Part shown: positions 1-9,995 of the stretch, piece by piece
Position numbering within the stretch: the first letter of the stretch is position 1
Layout: the number at the start of each line of letters is the position of its first letter
NCBI GenBank assembly: GCA_037381725.1
Contig: JARRQQ010000001.1
Location: 1 to 35,857 of the forward strand
From: Sedimentisphaerales bacterium
Lineage (GTDB): Bacteria > Planctomycetota > Phycisphaerae > Sedimentisphaerales > Anaerobacaceae
Direction of reading: 5' to 3'
Length of the DNA: 35,857 bases
Translations under genes and position numbers: made by a program
Notes under the pieces: generated by a model
Databases searched by the model: none
The model's input: only the letters and a program-made list of their open reading frames with translations
What the model was told of the DNA's origin: nothing

Positions 1-848
1 GTCAGGGCGTCCACGTGACGGGTTTGCCGACGGGCTTCTACGAGCTTGACGAGCTGACCTGCGTGCTCCAAAGCGGCGAGATGATTATCGTCGCGGGCCG
101 GCCGAGCATGGGCAAGACGTCACTGGCGTTGAACATGGCCGAGCACCTCGGCCTGGTCGAGAAAATCCCGACGGCGATCTTCTCGCTCGAGATGGGCCGC
201 CAGCAGTTGGCGGAGCGGTTCTTGTGCAGCATCAGCGAGATCGATAGTCAGAAGGTGCGCAGAGGCATGTTGGGCGACGAGCATTTCAGGAAACTGGCCG
301 ATGCCTGTGATGAGCTGGCAAAGGCGCCGATCTTCATCGACGATACGTCAACGCTCACGCCGCTCGAGCTTCGCGCCAAGGCCCGGCGGTTCAAGAGCCG
401 GTTCGATATTCGTTGTATCATAGTGGATTATTTGCAGTTGATGCATCTCGGCTCCGGGCGCATTGAGTCACGTCAGCAGGAGATCACAACTATTTCGCGC
501 TATCTCAAGGCCATCGCCCGGGAGTTGAACGTCCCCATTGTCGTTTTGAGTCAGTTGAACCGGGCGCCGGAAGGACGGGAAGGGCATCGGCCGAGGATGA
601 GCGATTTGCGAGAGAGCGGTAGTATTGAGCAGGACGCCGATGTCGTCATGCTTCTGCACCGCGAGGCGTACTATCACAGAGACGAGCCGGACTGGGAAGA
701 AAACAATCCGGACAAGATTAATACGGCGGAGGTGATTATCGCCAAGCAGCGAAACGGTCCGACCGGGACTGTGAAACTGGTATTCAGGGAAAGAGTCACT
801 CGGTTCGAGAACGCCTCTCACGCAGGCGAGCCGGTGGCGCCGTTTTGA
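1..848 (+). CDS. dnaB: Replicative DNA helicase DnaB, C-terminal RecA-like domain (5' end outside window)
   Basis: The reading frame is open back to base 3, so the listed start at 15 is internal. Motifs seen: GLPTGFYELD linker, Walker A GRPSMGKT, Walker B IIVDYLQLM, and SQLNR...RPRMSDLRESGSIEQDADVV typical of DnaB. Confidence 0.93.
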   Translation, partial: QGVHVTGLPTGFYELDELTCVLQSGEMIIVAGRPSMGKTSLALNMAEHLGLVEKIPTAIFSLEMGRQQLAERFLCSISEIDSQKVRRGMLGDEHFRKLADACDELAKAPIFIDDTSTLTPLELRAKARRFKSRFDIRCIIVDYLQLMHLGSGRIESRQQEITTISRYLKAIARELNVPIVVLSQLNRAPEGREGHRPRMSDLRESGSIEQDADVVMLLHREAYYHRDEPDWEENNPDKINTAEVIIAKQRNGPTGTVKLVFRERVTRFENASHAGEPVAPF

Positions 849-915
849 TCTGAGGGCTGGGATTCGAGACAACGTAACTAAGTGAGCCAAAGTGTACAAG
901 CGCCACTGTCAACTT

Positions 916-950
916 TAGGCACTTTAGTCACTTCAAACTCTAGGCACTTT
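916..950. repeat. Exact 10-nt direct repeat TAGGCACTTT (916-925 and 941-950) in the dnaB-bamA spacer; possible operator or promoter element
   Basis: Read directly from the sequence. The two copies are 25 nt apart (start to start) in a 145-nt intergenic region about 45-80 nt upstream of the bamA start. Confidence 0.45.
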
Positions 951-993
951 TACGGCCTTTCGGCTCCCGGCGGACAAGGGACTGAGATACAGA

Positions 994-3144
994 ATGCGAA
1001 GAACGATCTGGATTGTCTTGACGTTGATGACGCTTTCAAGTCCGGTCTTGTATGGGGCTTCAAGCCGGCCCGGCGGCGGGAGCGCCGCCAAGTCCAAGGG
1101 CGCCGGCGTCACAGGCGAGTTCGGCACGATCAGGGAGATCGAGTTTCGGAACAATCGCAAGTACAAGCGCAAGACTCTGCTGAAGAAGCTGGATTTTGCA
1201 GTGGGTGACTATCTCGACCCGGTCCTGGCCGAGTCGGGCCGAATCAGCCTGGCCGAATTCTACCGAAGCAAGGGGTATCCCTACGCGGAAGTCATGCTCA
1301 ACAGAGAGAAGCTCTCCGAGGGCAAAGTCATTTACACTGTCGTTCCCGGTCTGAGAATTCGTATCCTGTCGGTAGGCTTCGAGGGCAACCACGCCCTGAA
1401 GACCAGCGACCTTCGACAAGCCATAAAGACGGGGACCCGCGAGTGGATTCTCTGGCCGGCTTACTACACCGAGGAGAAGATCGCCGCCGACGTCGAGAGG
1501 CTGCGCACGCTCTACTATCAGCGCGGGTACCTCAATCACCGCATTGCGGTCGAGGGCCAGGCCCACGTGACGTTCATCATCGACGAAGGACCGCTCTATC
1601 ACGTGCGCAACATCATCCTCCGGGGCAATACCTACTACGACGACAAGACGCTTCTTGCCGGGCTGGAGCTGGAGCCGGGAGGGATTTACTACCGGCAAAA
1701 AGCCGCGGCCCAGGCCAAGAAGATGCTCAAGCTCTATCGCGAGAACGGCTTTATCGACGCCAGCGTTCAGGAAGCGCCGAGTTTTGTGGCCGAGCCTAAC
1801 GCTGTCGACGTGGTGTTCACCGTCGAGGAGGGCAAGCAATTCCGCATCGGCAAGGTGGATATCATCGGCAACGAGGAGACGCAAGACAAGGTGTTCCGCC
1901 GGATATTGAACGAGTATGATTTCGTGCCGGGCGAACTGTACAACGCCGACATGGCCCCGAAACAAGGGGGCGGCCAGTTGGAAAGGTACCTGCGCGCCAT
2001 GACCTCGTCGGAGCGGGTTATCGTTCAACCGGTTCCGCCCGCCGACGGCGCGGCGGACCGCCGGGACGCGGAGGTGGACGTCAAAGAAGGCTTGACGGGG
2101 ATGTTCAACCCCGGCGTCGCCATCGGGAGCGATAGCGGCGTCATCGGCCAGTTCATCTTTTCCCAGCGCAACTTCGACTACAGGGACTGGCCCCAAAGTC
2201 TTGACGAGCTGCTCAAGATGCAAGCCTTCAAAGGCGCGGGCCAGAAGCTCTCGATGACCCTCGCTCCGGGCACGGAGGTCAGCTACTATTCCGTCAACTT
2301 TACGGAGCCCTACTTCCGCGAAAGGCCCACCTCGCTCGACATAGCCGGGTCGAGTTGGGAACGGTGGCGGGAGAGCTACGACGAGCAGAGGACCAAAGGC
2401 TACGTGGGGTTCGAGAAGCGGCACAAGAGCCGCTGGCGCACCCGGCTTGGGTTCCGCGTCGAAAACGTCGAGGTCGAACATATCGACTTTGACGCGCCGC
2501 AAGAAATCTACGACGTCAAAGGGAACAATCTGCTCATGGGCGCCCGGGTCGGCCTCGGTCGAGACGCCACGGATGATATCATCGAGCCGAGCAAAGGGTA
2601 TGAATTCGACATCGGTTACGAGCAGCTCACCGGCGACGATGATTTCGGAATCTTGCTGGGCAGCGTCGTGGGGTACAGGACGTTGTACGAGGACGTGCTC
2701 GAACGAAAGACCGTGCTGGCGACAAAGTTCCTTGCCGGCAGCGTGGTCGGCGATGCGCCCCCCTTCGAGAAGTTCTACGCTGGCGGCACGAGAACCTATG
2801 GCCTGCGAGGCTTCGAGTATCGTGGCGTGAGCACACGCGGCCTCCAAACGCACGTCCCCAACCCCGTGCGAAAGGACCCCATCGGCAGTGACACGATCTT
2901 CCTGGCCAGCACCGAGATGGTTGTGCCTCTGATCGGGGAGAACATTTCGGCTTTGTTCTTTATGGACAGCGGGACCGTCGATACCGGCAGATACCGCGTC
3001 TCTATCGGCACGGGCATACAAATCACCATACCTCAATTGCTCGGTACGCGCGTGCCTATGAGATTCGAGATCGGAACGCCTTTGCAGAAGGATGATGAGG
3101 ACGAAACGCAGGTCTTCAGCTTCTACATGGGGAGATTGTATTAG
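994..3144 (+). CDS. bamA: Outer membrane protein assembly factor BamA (Omp85 family)
   Basis: N-terminal signal peptide, then repeated POTRA-like segments (e.g. IREIEFRNNRKY, ILSVGFEGNHAL, VRNIILRGNTYY, IGKVDIIGNEET). C-terminal barrel motif FYAGGTRTYGLRGFEY and a terminal aromatic residue. Synteny bamA-skp-lpxD. Confidence 0.9.
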   Translation: MRRTIWIVLTLMTLSSPVLYGASSRPGGGSAAKSKGAGVTGEFGTIREIEFRNNRKYKRKTLLKKLDFAVGDYLDPVLAESGRISLAEFYRSKGYPYAEVMLNREKLSEGKVIYTVVPGLRIRILSVGFEGNHALKTSDLRQAIKTGTREWILWPAYYTEEKIAADVERLRTLYYQRGYLNHRIAVEGQAHVTFIIDEGPLYHVRNIILRGNTYYDDKTLLAGLELEPGGIYYRQKAAAQAKKMLKLYRENGFIDASVQEAPSFVAEPNAVDVVFTVEEGKQFRIGKVDIIGNEETQDKVFRRILNEYDFVPGELYNADMAPKQGGGQLERYLRAMTSSERVIVQPVPPADGAADRRDAEVDVKEGLTGMFNPGVAIGSDSGVIGQFIFSQRNFDYRDWPQSLDELLKMQAFKGAGQKLSMTLAPGTEVSYYSVNFTEPYFRERPTSLDIAGSSWERWRESYDEQRTKGYVGFEKRHKSRWRTRLGFRVENVEVEHIDFDAPQEIYDVKGNNLLMGARVGLGRDATDDIIEPSKGYEFDIGYEQLTGDDDFGILLGSVVGYRTLYEDVLERKTVLATKFLAGSVVGDAPPFEKFYAGGTRTYGLRGFEYRGVSTRGLQTHVPNPVRKDPIGSDTIFLASTEMVVPLIGENISALFFMDSGTVDTGRYRVSIGTGIQITIPQLLGTRVPMRFEIGTPLQKDDEDETQVFSFYMGRLY

Positions 3145-3193
3145 TTGACGGTGAATGGCAAACCCAAATGTGAATCTGGAAAGGACTAATGTA

Positions 3194-3799
3194 ATGAGGA
3201 CGAAAACGCTGATTTCGGCTTTCTTGACGGTCATTGTTGTTCTGTTCTTGGTGCATGAATTCGGTCAGGCTCAGCCGTTGGCGAACTCGCCGGCCTTGAA
3301 CGTCGGCGTCGTTCACCTCGGACAGGCCATGCAGAACTGCAAAGCCACGGTGAAGTTCAAGGAGAGAGCGGCCGCCGAAAAGAAGCAAATGGACGCGGAG
3401 GAAGGAAGCCTCTCCGGACAGATCGATGCGCTGCGAAACGGGTTGTCGGCCCTCGTGCCCAACAGCCCGGACTGGCTGGACCAATATAAAGATATGGTGC
3501 AGAAGCAGAAGAAGCTGGAGGCTCTGAAGGAATATAACCCGCAGATCATATCGATGAGAGTCCATCAATGGTCGCAGAAGCTCTACCCGGAGGTTCTGCG
3601 GATCACCAAGGAGCTGGGTGCAAAGAAGGGACTGGCCCTGGTGCTTGGGGTCGAGGAGCCGGAGTTTCCCATGCAGCGGCCCGAACAGCTTTCGGCGGCT
3701 ATCCAGACCCACAAGGTGTTGTACAGCGCCGGATGTGTGGATCTGACGAGTGAGGTTATCGCCGAGCTGGACAAGATGGACTCCCTGCTCAAGCAATGA
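3194..3799 (+). CDS. skp: OmpH/Skp-like periplasmic chaperone
   Basis: ATG at 3194 gives [20 protein letters not shown] (signal peptide); the ORF-track start at 3155 is probably too early. Body is K/E/Q-rich and helical. Canonical position between bamA and lpxD. Confidence 0.75.
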   Translation: MRTKTLISAFLTVIVVLFLVHEFGQAQPLANSPALNVGVVHLGQAMQNCKATVKFKERAAAEKKQMDAEEGSLSGQIDALRNGLSALVPNSPDWLDQYKDMVQKQKKLEALKEYNPQIISMRVHQWSQKLYPEVLRITKELGAKKGLALVLGVEEPEFPMQRPEQLSAAIQTHKVLYSAGCVDLTSEVIAELDKMDSLLKQ

Positions 3800-3800
3800 T

Positions 3801-4862
3801 ATGCAATCTGTTATGGAAGTGACGATAGGACAATTGGCCGAGCGCCTCGGCGCCGAGTTGGTGGGCGGGACCGGGGATCGCAACAAGCCCATCGCGTCCG
3901 TGGCCCCGGTTGAGGCGGCGGGCGAGACGGATGTGACGTTCATCACAGGCGACAAGCATAAAACTGCTCTGGGCCGCTCCCGCGCCGGAGCGGTTCTCGT
4001 CTCGGCCTCCGTGGAAGGACTCGACAAGCCGCAACTGGTCGTCAAGAACGTCAGCGCCGCCCTGATCGAAGCCCTGAACCTCTTTGCGCCGAAGCTCAAG
4101 CCTCCCGCCGAAGGGATCGATCCGACCGCCAAGATCGGGCAGCGCGTCACCCTCGCCGAAGGCGCCTGTATCGGCGCGGGCGTCGTCATCGAGGACGGAG
4201 TCCAAATCGGGCGCCACAGCGTCATCGCCGCCGGGTGCAAGATCGGGGAGAATTCCAGAATCGGCGAACATTGTCGGCTCGACGGCAACGTGGTCGTTTA
4301 TCACAACTGCCGCTTGGGCAACCATGTGATCATCCAGGCCAACGCCACGATCGGAGCGACCGGCTTCGGGTATTCGTTCATTGACGGCGCCCATCGGCTG
4401 ATCCCGCACAACGGCGGCGTGGTCATCGAGGACTTCGTCGAGATCGGGGCCAATACCTGCGTCGACCGGGCCAAGTTCGGCGATACGACCATCGGAGCCG
4501 GAACAAAGATCGACAATCTTGTCCAAATCGCGCATAATGTTGCCATTGGTAAATGTTGTTTGATTGCCGCTCAGGTCGGTATTTCCGGTAGCTGTAAGCT
4601 CGGCGACGGGGTCGTGCTGGCCGGACAGGTCGGCCTGGCGGACAACATCCAGATCGGCGAGGGCGTCATGGTCGGCGCCCAGGCGGGGCTGATGAGCAGT
4701 GTCCCGGCCGGACTGAAAATGGCCTGGACCCCGGCGCTCGAGCGAAAGGAGGCCCTGAGAACCGTCGGTTTGATTATGCGTTTGCCCAAGATGGCTGAGC
4801 AGCTCAAGCAACTGGGCAAGAGGGTCGAAGACCTTGAAGCTACAGAAGACGATAAAAGGTGA
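3801..4862 (+). CDS. lpxD: UDP-3-O-acylglucosamine N-acyltransferase LpxD
   Basis: ATG at 3801, 1 nt after the skp stop. N-terminal [14 protein letters not shown], then a long left-handed beta-helix of hexapeptide repeats (IG.....I). Lipid A gene synteny. Confidence 0.9.
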   Translation: MQSVMEVTIGQLAERLGAELVGGTGDRNKPIASVAPVEAAGETDVTFITGDKHKTALGRSRAGAVLVSASVEGLDKPQLVVKNVSAALIEALNLFAPKLKPPAEGIDPTAKIGQRVTLAEGACIGAGVVIEDGVQIGRHSVIAAGCKIGENSRIGEHCRLDGNVVVYHNCRLGNHVIIQANATIGATGFGYSFIDGAHRLIPHNGGVVIEDFVEIGANTCVDRAKFGDTTIGAGTKIDNLVQIAHNVAIGKCCLIAAQVGISGSCKLGDGVVLAGQVGLADNIQIGEGVMVGAQAGLMSSVPAGLKMAWTPALERKEALRTVGLIMRLPKMAEQLKQLGKRVEDLEATEDDKR

Positions 4863-6144
4863 AGCCAAAGTACGCGGCCGGGGGCTGTTCGGAGGCAAAG
4901 AAGCCAAGGTCGTCTTCCGTCCCGCTCCGGAGGATTCGGGTATTACGTTCGTCCGCATCGACGCTCCCGAGCCGGTCCGGATCCGCGCCACGGCCTCCAA
5001 TATTGTCGAGCGTAGTCGCCGCACGACGATCCAGAACGGGAGCGCCTGTGTCGAGACGGTCGAGCACTGTCTGGCCGCGGTCAATGCTTTGGAGATCGAC
5101 AACCTGTTCATCGACGTGTACGGCCCGGAGCTGCCGGCCCCCGATTGCAGTTGTGCTGAGTATTTCAAGATCCTCAAGCGCGTCGGCGTGGTCGAGCAAA
5201 ACGTCGTGCGAAAGGAATTCGTAATCACCCGACCGATCACCATCGCTGCCGGGGACGCTTGCATTTACGCCTTACCCAGTATCGACAACGGTTTGAGCCT
5301 CACCTACGATCTCGATTATGGCGGGCACACGGGGATCGGCCGGCAAGTTTTCAGTTGCCGCCTTACGCCGGAGAATTTCGAGAGGCAACTGGCACCTGCA
5401 AGGACCTTTCTGCTCGAAGCGGAGGCCAAGCAGTTCCAGGCCCGCGGGATGGGCGCGCACATCAGTCCTCGCGATCTGCTGGTGATCAACTCGGATGGAC
5501 CCATCAAGAACAGCTATCGATTCCCGGACGAGTGTGTTCGGCATAAGCTCGTCGATTTGGTGGGTGATCTGGCGCTCATCGGCCGACCCATCAAAGGCCG
5601 AATCGTTGCCTACAGGAGCGGGCATACGTTGAACCAGCAGCTTGCCAGGAAGTTGTACGAGGTGGCGCAGCAGGCCGAGCGGATGGCTAGGTTCGGTACC
5701 GACGCCCTCCTGGACGTGCGGCAAATCGCCAAGATTTTGCCTCACCGCTACCCGTTCCTGCTTGTGGACAAGGTCATCGAAATCGAAGGGGACACGCGAA
5801 TCAAGGGCGTGAAAAACGTCAGCATCAACGAGCAGTTTTTCCAGGGGCATTTTCCCGGCACGCCGATTATGCCGGGGGTCCTGATCGTCGAAGCGATGGC
5901 CCAGGTCTCCGGCTTACTCTTCGCCCAGAGGCTGGAGCATACGGGTAAGCTGGCCGTGCTGTTGAGCATGGACCACGTCAAACTTCGCAAGTCGGTCGTG
6001 CCCGGCGATCAGTTGATCTTGACCGCCGAGACGATGAAGCTCAGAAAGAGAACCGCCCAATGCCGATGCAAGGCCATCGTCGGCGACGCTGTGGTCGCCG
6101 AAGCGGAAATCAAATTCATGCTTATTGACGACGAGAAAGTGTAA
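4834..6144 (+). CDS. lpxC/fabZ: Bifunctional UDP-3-O-acyl-GlcNAc deacetylase / 3-hydroxyacyl-ACP dehydratase (LpxC-FabZ fusion)
   Basis: The N-terminal ~290 aa are LpxC-like ([38 protein letters not shown]). The C-terminal ~145 aa are FabZ ([37 protein letters not shown]). TTG start at 4834 overlaps the lpxD end by 29 nt. Confidence 0.9.
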   Translation: MKLQKTIKGEAKVRGRGLFGGKEAKVVFRPAPEDSGITFVRIDAPEPVRIRATASNIVERSRRTTIQNGSACVETVEHCLAAVNALEIDNLFIDVYGPELPAPDCSCAEYFKILKRVGVVEQNVVRKEFVITRPITIAAGDACIYALPSIDNGLSLTYDLDYGGHTGIGRQVFSCRLTPENFERQLAPARTFLLEAEAKQFQARGMGAHISPRDLLVINSDGPIKNSYRFPDECVRHKLVDLVGDLALIGRPIKGRIVAYRSGHTLNQQLARKLYEVAQQAERMARFGTDALLDVRQIAKILPHRYPFLLVDKVIEIEGDTRIKGVKNVSINEQFFQGHFPGTPIMPGVLIVEAMAQVSGLLFAQRLEHTGKLAVLLSMDHVKLRKSVVPGDQLILTAETMKLRKRTAQCRCKAIVGDAVVAEAEIKFMLIDDEKV

Positions 6145-6164
6145 AGGAGAATCGAAGAGAAGAC

Positions 6165-6974
6165 ATGACTCGGATACATCCCAGCGCGGTCATTCATGAA
6201 AACGCCCGGCTGGCCGAGGGCGTGATCGTCGGGCCGAATTGTATGATCGGCGCCGACGTGTCCATCGGTGCCGGAACGAGGCTTGACGCCAACGTCGTCA
6301 TCGACGGGCAAGTCAGCATTGGCCGGAATAATCACTTCTTTCCCAACTCTGTGATCGGGTGCCGTCCGCAGATTCTGCGTCTGACGCCCGGCACGCCGAT
6401 CGGCGCGGTTGCCATAGGGGACGGCAACGTCTTTCGCGAGCACGTGACCATCCACCCGGGTATGCACCCGGGCTCGTGGACCAGGGTCGGATCAGAGAAC
6501 TTCCTGATGGTGAGCGTGCACATCGGGCACGATTGCATTTTGGAAGACAAGATTGTGATGAGCAATCTCGTGCAGATCGGCGGGCATTGCAAGATCGAAA
6601 CGGGCGCCTGGTTCAGCGGCTTGGCGGGGTCGCACCAGTTTGTGACCGTCGGCAAGTGGTGCTACGTGGCGGGCTTGGCCGGGCTGAACAGGGACGTGCC
6701 CCCGTTCCTGACGGTCAGTGGGCATTATCCGCTGAAGGTGCGAGGGGTCAACAAGCGAGGTCTGGTTCGAGCCGGACTGAACGAGGAGCAGCAGCGGAAC
6801 ATCTTCGAGGCGCACAAGAAATTGTACCGCCGGTCGGGCTCGCTGCTCGACAACGCCAGGAAGCTGGCCGAGCAGGATGGACTCGATGAAAACGTTCGAG
6901 CCATCGTCGATGCGATCATCAACAGCAGCCGGCATCAGTTCGGCAGACACCTGGAGACGTTCAGAGAACATTAG
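6165..6974 (+). CDS. lpxA: Acyl-ACP--UDP-N-acetylglucosamine O-acyltransferase LpxA
   Basis: IHPSAVI start, hexapeptide beta-helix, conserved GHDC and GG..KI segments, and a helical C-terminal domain. AAGGAG lies upstream of the ATG. Confidence 0.92.
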   Translation: MTRIHPSAVIHENARLAEGVIVGPNCMIGADVSIGAGTRLDANVVIDGQVSIGRNNHFFPNSVIGCRPQILRLTPGTPIGAVAIGDGNVFREHVTIHPGMHPGSWTRVGSENFLMVSVHIGHDCILEDKIVMSNLVQIGGHCKIETGAWFSGLAGSHQFVTVGKWCYVAGLAGLNRDVPPFLTVSGHYPLKVRGVNKRGLVRAGLNEEQQRNIFEAHKKLYRRSGSLLDNARKLAEQDGLDENVRAIVDAIINSSRHQFGRHLETFREH

Positions 6975-7048
6975 TCACCGGAGCCACCGGTGCTTTGGCG
7001 GCCAGGCTCAAAACATGGAGTCGGATCGGCCGCCGGTTAGGACACTAC

Positions 7049-8080
7049 ATGGAAGATGACAAGATACGGGTCGCGGTGGTCGGCGCGGGCAAGATGGGCA
7101 CGATACACGCGAAGGTCTATACGCAGCTTCCTCAGTGCGATCTGGTCGGCGTGGTCGATATCGACGCCAAGAAAGCCCGGCGTCTGGCCGAACGCTCGAG
7201 CTGCCCCGCCTATACCGATTGCGAGGACATTCTGGACAAGGTCGATGCGGTCACCATCGCGACTCCCACAGTCACTCATCTGAAACTGGCGAGGACATTC
7301 ATCAAGAACAAAATCGCCGTGCTGGTTGAAAAGCCGTTGGCCGTGAACGTCAGAGAAGGCAAGAAGATCGTCGCTCTCGCCAGGCGAAATGACGGCGTCG
7401 TGGCGGTGGGTCATTCCGAGCGTTGCAACCCCGTCGCCCAGGCCATCAAACGGCTCGACATCAAGCCGAAGTTTATCGACGCCGACCGCATCAGTCCGTA
7501 TCCGTTCCGCTCGACGGACGTCGGCGTGGTGCTGGACGTGATGATCCATGACATCGACATCATCTTGTCCCTGGCGGCCAGCAAGATCAAGAAAGTGGAT
7601 GCCGTCGGCGTCAACGTCGTCGAGGACAAAGAAGACATCTGCAATGCGCGGATTGTCTTCGAGAACGGCTGCATCGCCAATATGACCGCTTCGAGGCTCG
7701 CCCTCAAAACCGAGCGGCGCGTCAGAGTGTTCAGTCGTCAGGCGTACCTGAGCGTGGACTACCTCAAAAAGAGCGGCATTCTGATCAAGGCCGATCCGAA
7801 CATCAACGTCCTCAAGTGGATTCAGGAGCATAAAGAGGCAGGGGACTTCGACCTGACGAGCGTGAACTGGCCCGACCTGCTGCACATCGAGCAGCTCGAC
7901 ATAGGCGACAAGGAACCGATCCGCCTGGAGCAAGAGGCGTTCCTTAGGGCCGTGACGGATAGAGCGCTCAGACCCGAGGTGAGCGCCGAAGAGGGGCTGG
8001 CGGCGCTGGAATGCGCCCAGAAGATTCTGACCTCTGTCAGGAAGCACAAGTGGCACGAGAAGATAGGTGATGATTCGTAG
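7049..8080 (+). CDS. Gfo/Idh/MocA family NAD(P)-dependent oxidoreductase embedded in the lipid A cluster
   Basis: ATG at 7049 gives MEDDKIRVAVVGAGKMG (Rossmann GxGxxG at the N-terminus). EKPLA motif is typical of the family. The ORF-track start at 6995 adds an implausible basic extension. Confidence 0.8.
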   Translation: MEDDKIRVAVVGAGKMGTIHAKVYTQLPQCDLVGVVDIDAKKARRLAERSSCPAYTDCEDILDKVDAVTIATPTVTHLKLARTFIKNKIAVLVEKPLAVNVREGKKIVALARRNDGVVAVGHSERCNPVAQAIKRLDIKPKFIDADRISPYPFRSTDVGVVLDVMIHDIDIILSLAASKIKKVDAVGVNVVEDKEDICNARIVFENGCIANMTASRLALKTERRVRVFSRQAYLSVDYLKKSGILIKADPNINVLKWIQEHKEAGDFDLTSVNWPDLLHIEQLDIGDKEPIRLEQEAFLRAVTDRALRPEVSAEEGLAALECAQKILTSVRKHKWHEKIGDDS

Positions 8081-8092
8081 AGGTGACAAGTT

Positions 8093-8722
8093 ATGTCAAG
8101 TAGACACTGTGTCGTTGAACTGTTAATGGCCACTATGTTAATCTGCGGCTGTTCTGAGCACGCGGACAGGAAGCAGCCGGACGCGAAAGAAACTGCATTG
8201 GAAAGGAACGCTGTGAATTCGCAAGCGAACGTTGTGAAGCTTCAAACAAGCATGGGCGATATCGTTATTGAGCTTGACCGGCAGGCGGCACCTGTCACGA
8301 CGGCCAATTTCCTCGAATACGCGGGATCCGGATTCTACGATGGGACGATATTCCACAGAGTTATAAGGGGCTTCATGATCCAAGGAGGCGGCCTCACGGC
8401 GAAGATGGTGCAGAAGAAGACACGCGATCCGATCGTCAATGAAGCCAAGAACGGCCTGAGCAACAAGCGCGGCACGATTGCAATGGCCCGAGGCGGCGAT
8501 CCCAACAGCGCGACGAGCCAGTTCTTCATCAACCACGTGGACAACATGCCGCTGGACTACATCGACGCCAAGCAGCCCGGCTACGCCGTATTCGGCAAGG
8601 TCATCGAGGGGATGGACGTTGTCGACGCCATCGCCGCGGTCAAGACGACAACTCGAAACGGGATGGACGACGTCCCCGTCGAACCGGTCGTCATAGAATC
8701 CGCCACTATCCAGCCCGAATAA
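8093..8722 (+). CDS. Cyclophilin-type peptidyl-prolyl cis-trans isomerase, probable lipoprotein
   Basis: [21 protein letters not shown] and SQFFIN cyclophilin motifs. N-terminal hydrophobic segment ends in LICGC (lipobox-like). Confidence 0.9.
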   Translation: MSSRHCVVELLMATMLICGCSEHADRKQPDAKETALERNAVNSQANVVKLQTSMGDIVIELDRQAAPVTTANFLEYAGSGFYDGTIFHRVIRGFMIQGGGLTAKMVQKKTRDPIVNEAKNGLSNKRGTIAMARGGDPNSATSQFFINHVDNMPLDYIDAKQPGYAVFGKVIEGMDVVDAIAAVKTTTRNGMDDVPVEPVVIESATIQPE

Positions 8723-8818
8723 ACACGAAATTACCACAACTCCGATCGGGTGGTTTCCTCCCGACCAAACACGTACTGCGTGGGAATGACTGGACGGCAA
8801 GCGGTGTTCGTACAGGTT

Positions 8819-9514
8819 CTACGTCTCGAGCTTCAATTTGCTGACGAGTTGGTGGGCCAGACGCGTCGGTTCCGGCAGACGATATTTCACCGCGCACGTG
8901 AGCGTGATTCGTACGGCATCCTCCAGCAGACATTTATGACCCACCGAGACGAAGACGGGCTTGACGTTCGTGCGCGTTCTGACGACGGCTCCGATGGTTT
9001 CGGCGGGTGTCTGCCCCTTGCTCTTTTCGTCTTTTAGCAGGCTATACACACCTTTTTCGGGCGGAGGCTCCTGGTAGACTCCGGTTAGCCTGCTCTTGGC
9101 GCAACCGATGGTTGGCTCATCGAAAAACAGACCGAGATGGGCCGCCAGCCCGAGCCGGCGGGGATGGGCGATGCCCTGGCCGTCTATAATGAACACGTTC
9201 GGAGCCGTTTGAAGCTTTTCAACCGCGTCGAGACAAACCGGGGCCTCGCGGAAAGAAAGCAGGCCGGGGATATAAGGAAAGCTCACGTCTCGAATCGCGC
9301 TGACCGTTTCGACGATATCGAAATCGGGTGAGCGCAAGACAACAACGACCGCCAAAATCCTTCGCCCGTCCTTGCTGAAAGCACAATCCAGCCCAGCGAT
9401 CACGGGCGGATCCTTCTTAATCGGTGTGAATTTCACCTTGCCAGCCAGCGCGGTTTGCAGCTCTCTCGCCTGCGCGTAAGACAAATCCCAGTCATGCAGC
9501 TTCTTTGTTCGCAT
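8819..9514 (-). CDS. nfi: Endonuclease V (deoxyinosine 3' endonuclease)
   Basis: AGLDCAF, YIPGLLSFREAP and IDGQGIAHPRRLGLAAHLG motifs of the Nfi family. 231 aa, ATG at 9514. Confidence 0.9.
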   Translation of the reverse strand: MRTKKLHDWDLSYAQARELQTALAGKVKFTPIKKDPPVIAGLDCAFSKDGRRILAVVVVLRSPDFDIVETVSAIRDVSFPYIPGLLSFREAPVCLDAVEKLQTAPNVFIIDGQGIAHPRRLGLAAHLGLFFDEPTIGCAKSRLTGVYQEPPPEKGVYSLLKDEKSKGQTPAETIGAVVRTRTNVKPVFVSVGHKCLLEDAVRITLTCAVKYRLPEPTRLAHQLVSKLKLET

Positions 9515-9862
9515 ACAGTTTCTAATACCTCATGGCAAGCAGCATTGCCAGTGTTCTTTCTGTGATCGGGTGGCGACCTCATCCCGAAGGGATGGGATGG
9601 CTTTTCCCCGGCTAAGCACACACAATCACCTCTTATGATCTACCTGCCTACGCCGTCCGCCTCGACTTAGGATTGCCGACCAGCCCAAAATGCCGCCTTT
9701 CGCCAGTCTTCCGACGGGTCAAGAGACTACGTTCCTGAACGCGAATACTAATTGTAAACATTTTAGCATGAAATTAGTACAAGGAAGACAGAATGCGTCC
9801 ATTCCGGTGTCCAATCGGTATTCGGCGGCGGATTGCCCATCAATGCCCCGCGTTTAGCGCTT

Positions 9863-9995
9863 GCAGGGCTACCAGCAGATAGATGGACGACGCCACACGA
9901 ACCTGGCCCGGGCCCGGTTCCTCTCAGCCCTGCCGGTAGCCTGATAGGCGGAAAACGCAGGGGAGCAGGCCGTCGCCACGCGACGTCAGGCTACC
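9863..9995. other. Two adjacent strong helices (8-bp 9863-9870/9926-9933 enclosing a 22-nt near-palindrome at 9899-9920; 10-bp 9935-9944/9986-9995); candidate structured RNA core or REP-like element
   Basis: Complementarity read directly: GCAGGGCT/AGCCCTGC, GAACCTGGCCCGGGCCCGGTTC, GGTAGCCTGA/TCAGGCTACC. Strand cannot be decided from DNA palindromes. No convincing ORF in this region. Confidence 0.35.

Noticed and set aside
1060-3234. 724-aa ORF on the minus strand, the longest ORF in this part of the track
   Set aside because: It is antisense to bamA, which has clear Omp85/POTRA features. Its translation is an R/A/G/P/V/L-rich string with no motifs, the usual shadow ORF of a GC-rich coding region.
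3116-5264. 390-aa and 491-aa minus-strand ORFs (3116-4288, 3789-5264)
   Set aside because: They are antisense to skp, lpxD and lpxC. The sense frames have hexapeptide-repeat and LpxC motifs, and the antisense products are compositionally biased with no motifs.
6995-7048. Upstream start (6995) for the Gfo/Idh/MocA gene given in the ORF track
   Set aside because: It adds 18 basic, non-conserved-looking residues (MAARLKTWSRIGRRLGHY) ahead of the canonical N-terminal Rossmann beta-strand. ATG 7049 places GxGxxG at the usual distance from the N-terminus.
9899-9920. GAACC-N12-GGTTC near-palindrome upstream of uvrA as a possible LexA (Cheo-type GAAC-N4-GTTC) box
   Set aside because: The half-site spacing is wrong, and it lies about 350 nt upstream of the uvrA start and upstream of the predicted promoter. 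It is more simply explained as the apical hairpin of the 9863-9933 helix.
9863-9933. Minus-strand GGGCUGAGAGGAACC...AUCUGCUGGUAGCCCUGC, reminiscent of the TPP riboswitch CUGAGA and pyrophosphate-sensor helices
   Set aside because: It lacks the ACCC...GAACCUGAUCYGGnUAAUaCCnGCG core, and the downstream gene on that strand (nfi) is unrelated to thiamine. Cobalamin, SAM and c-di-GMP consensus features were also not found.
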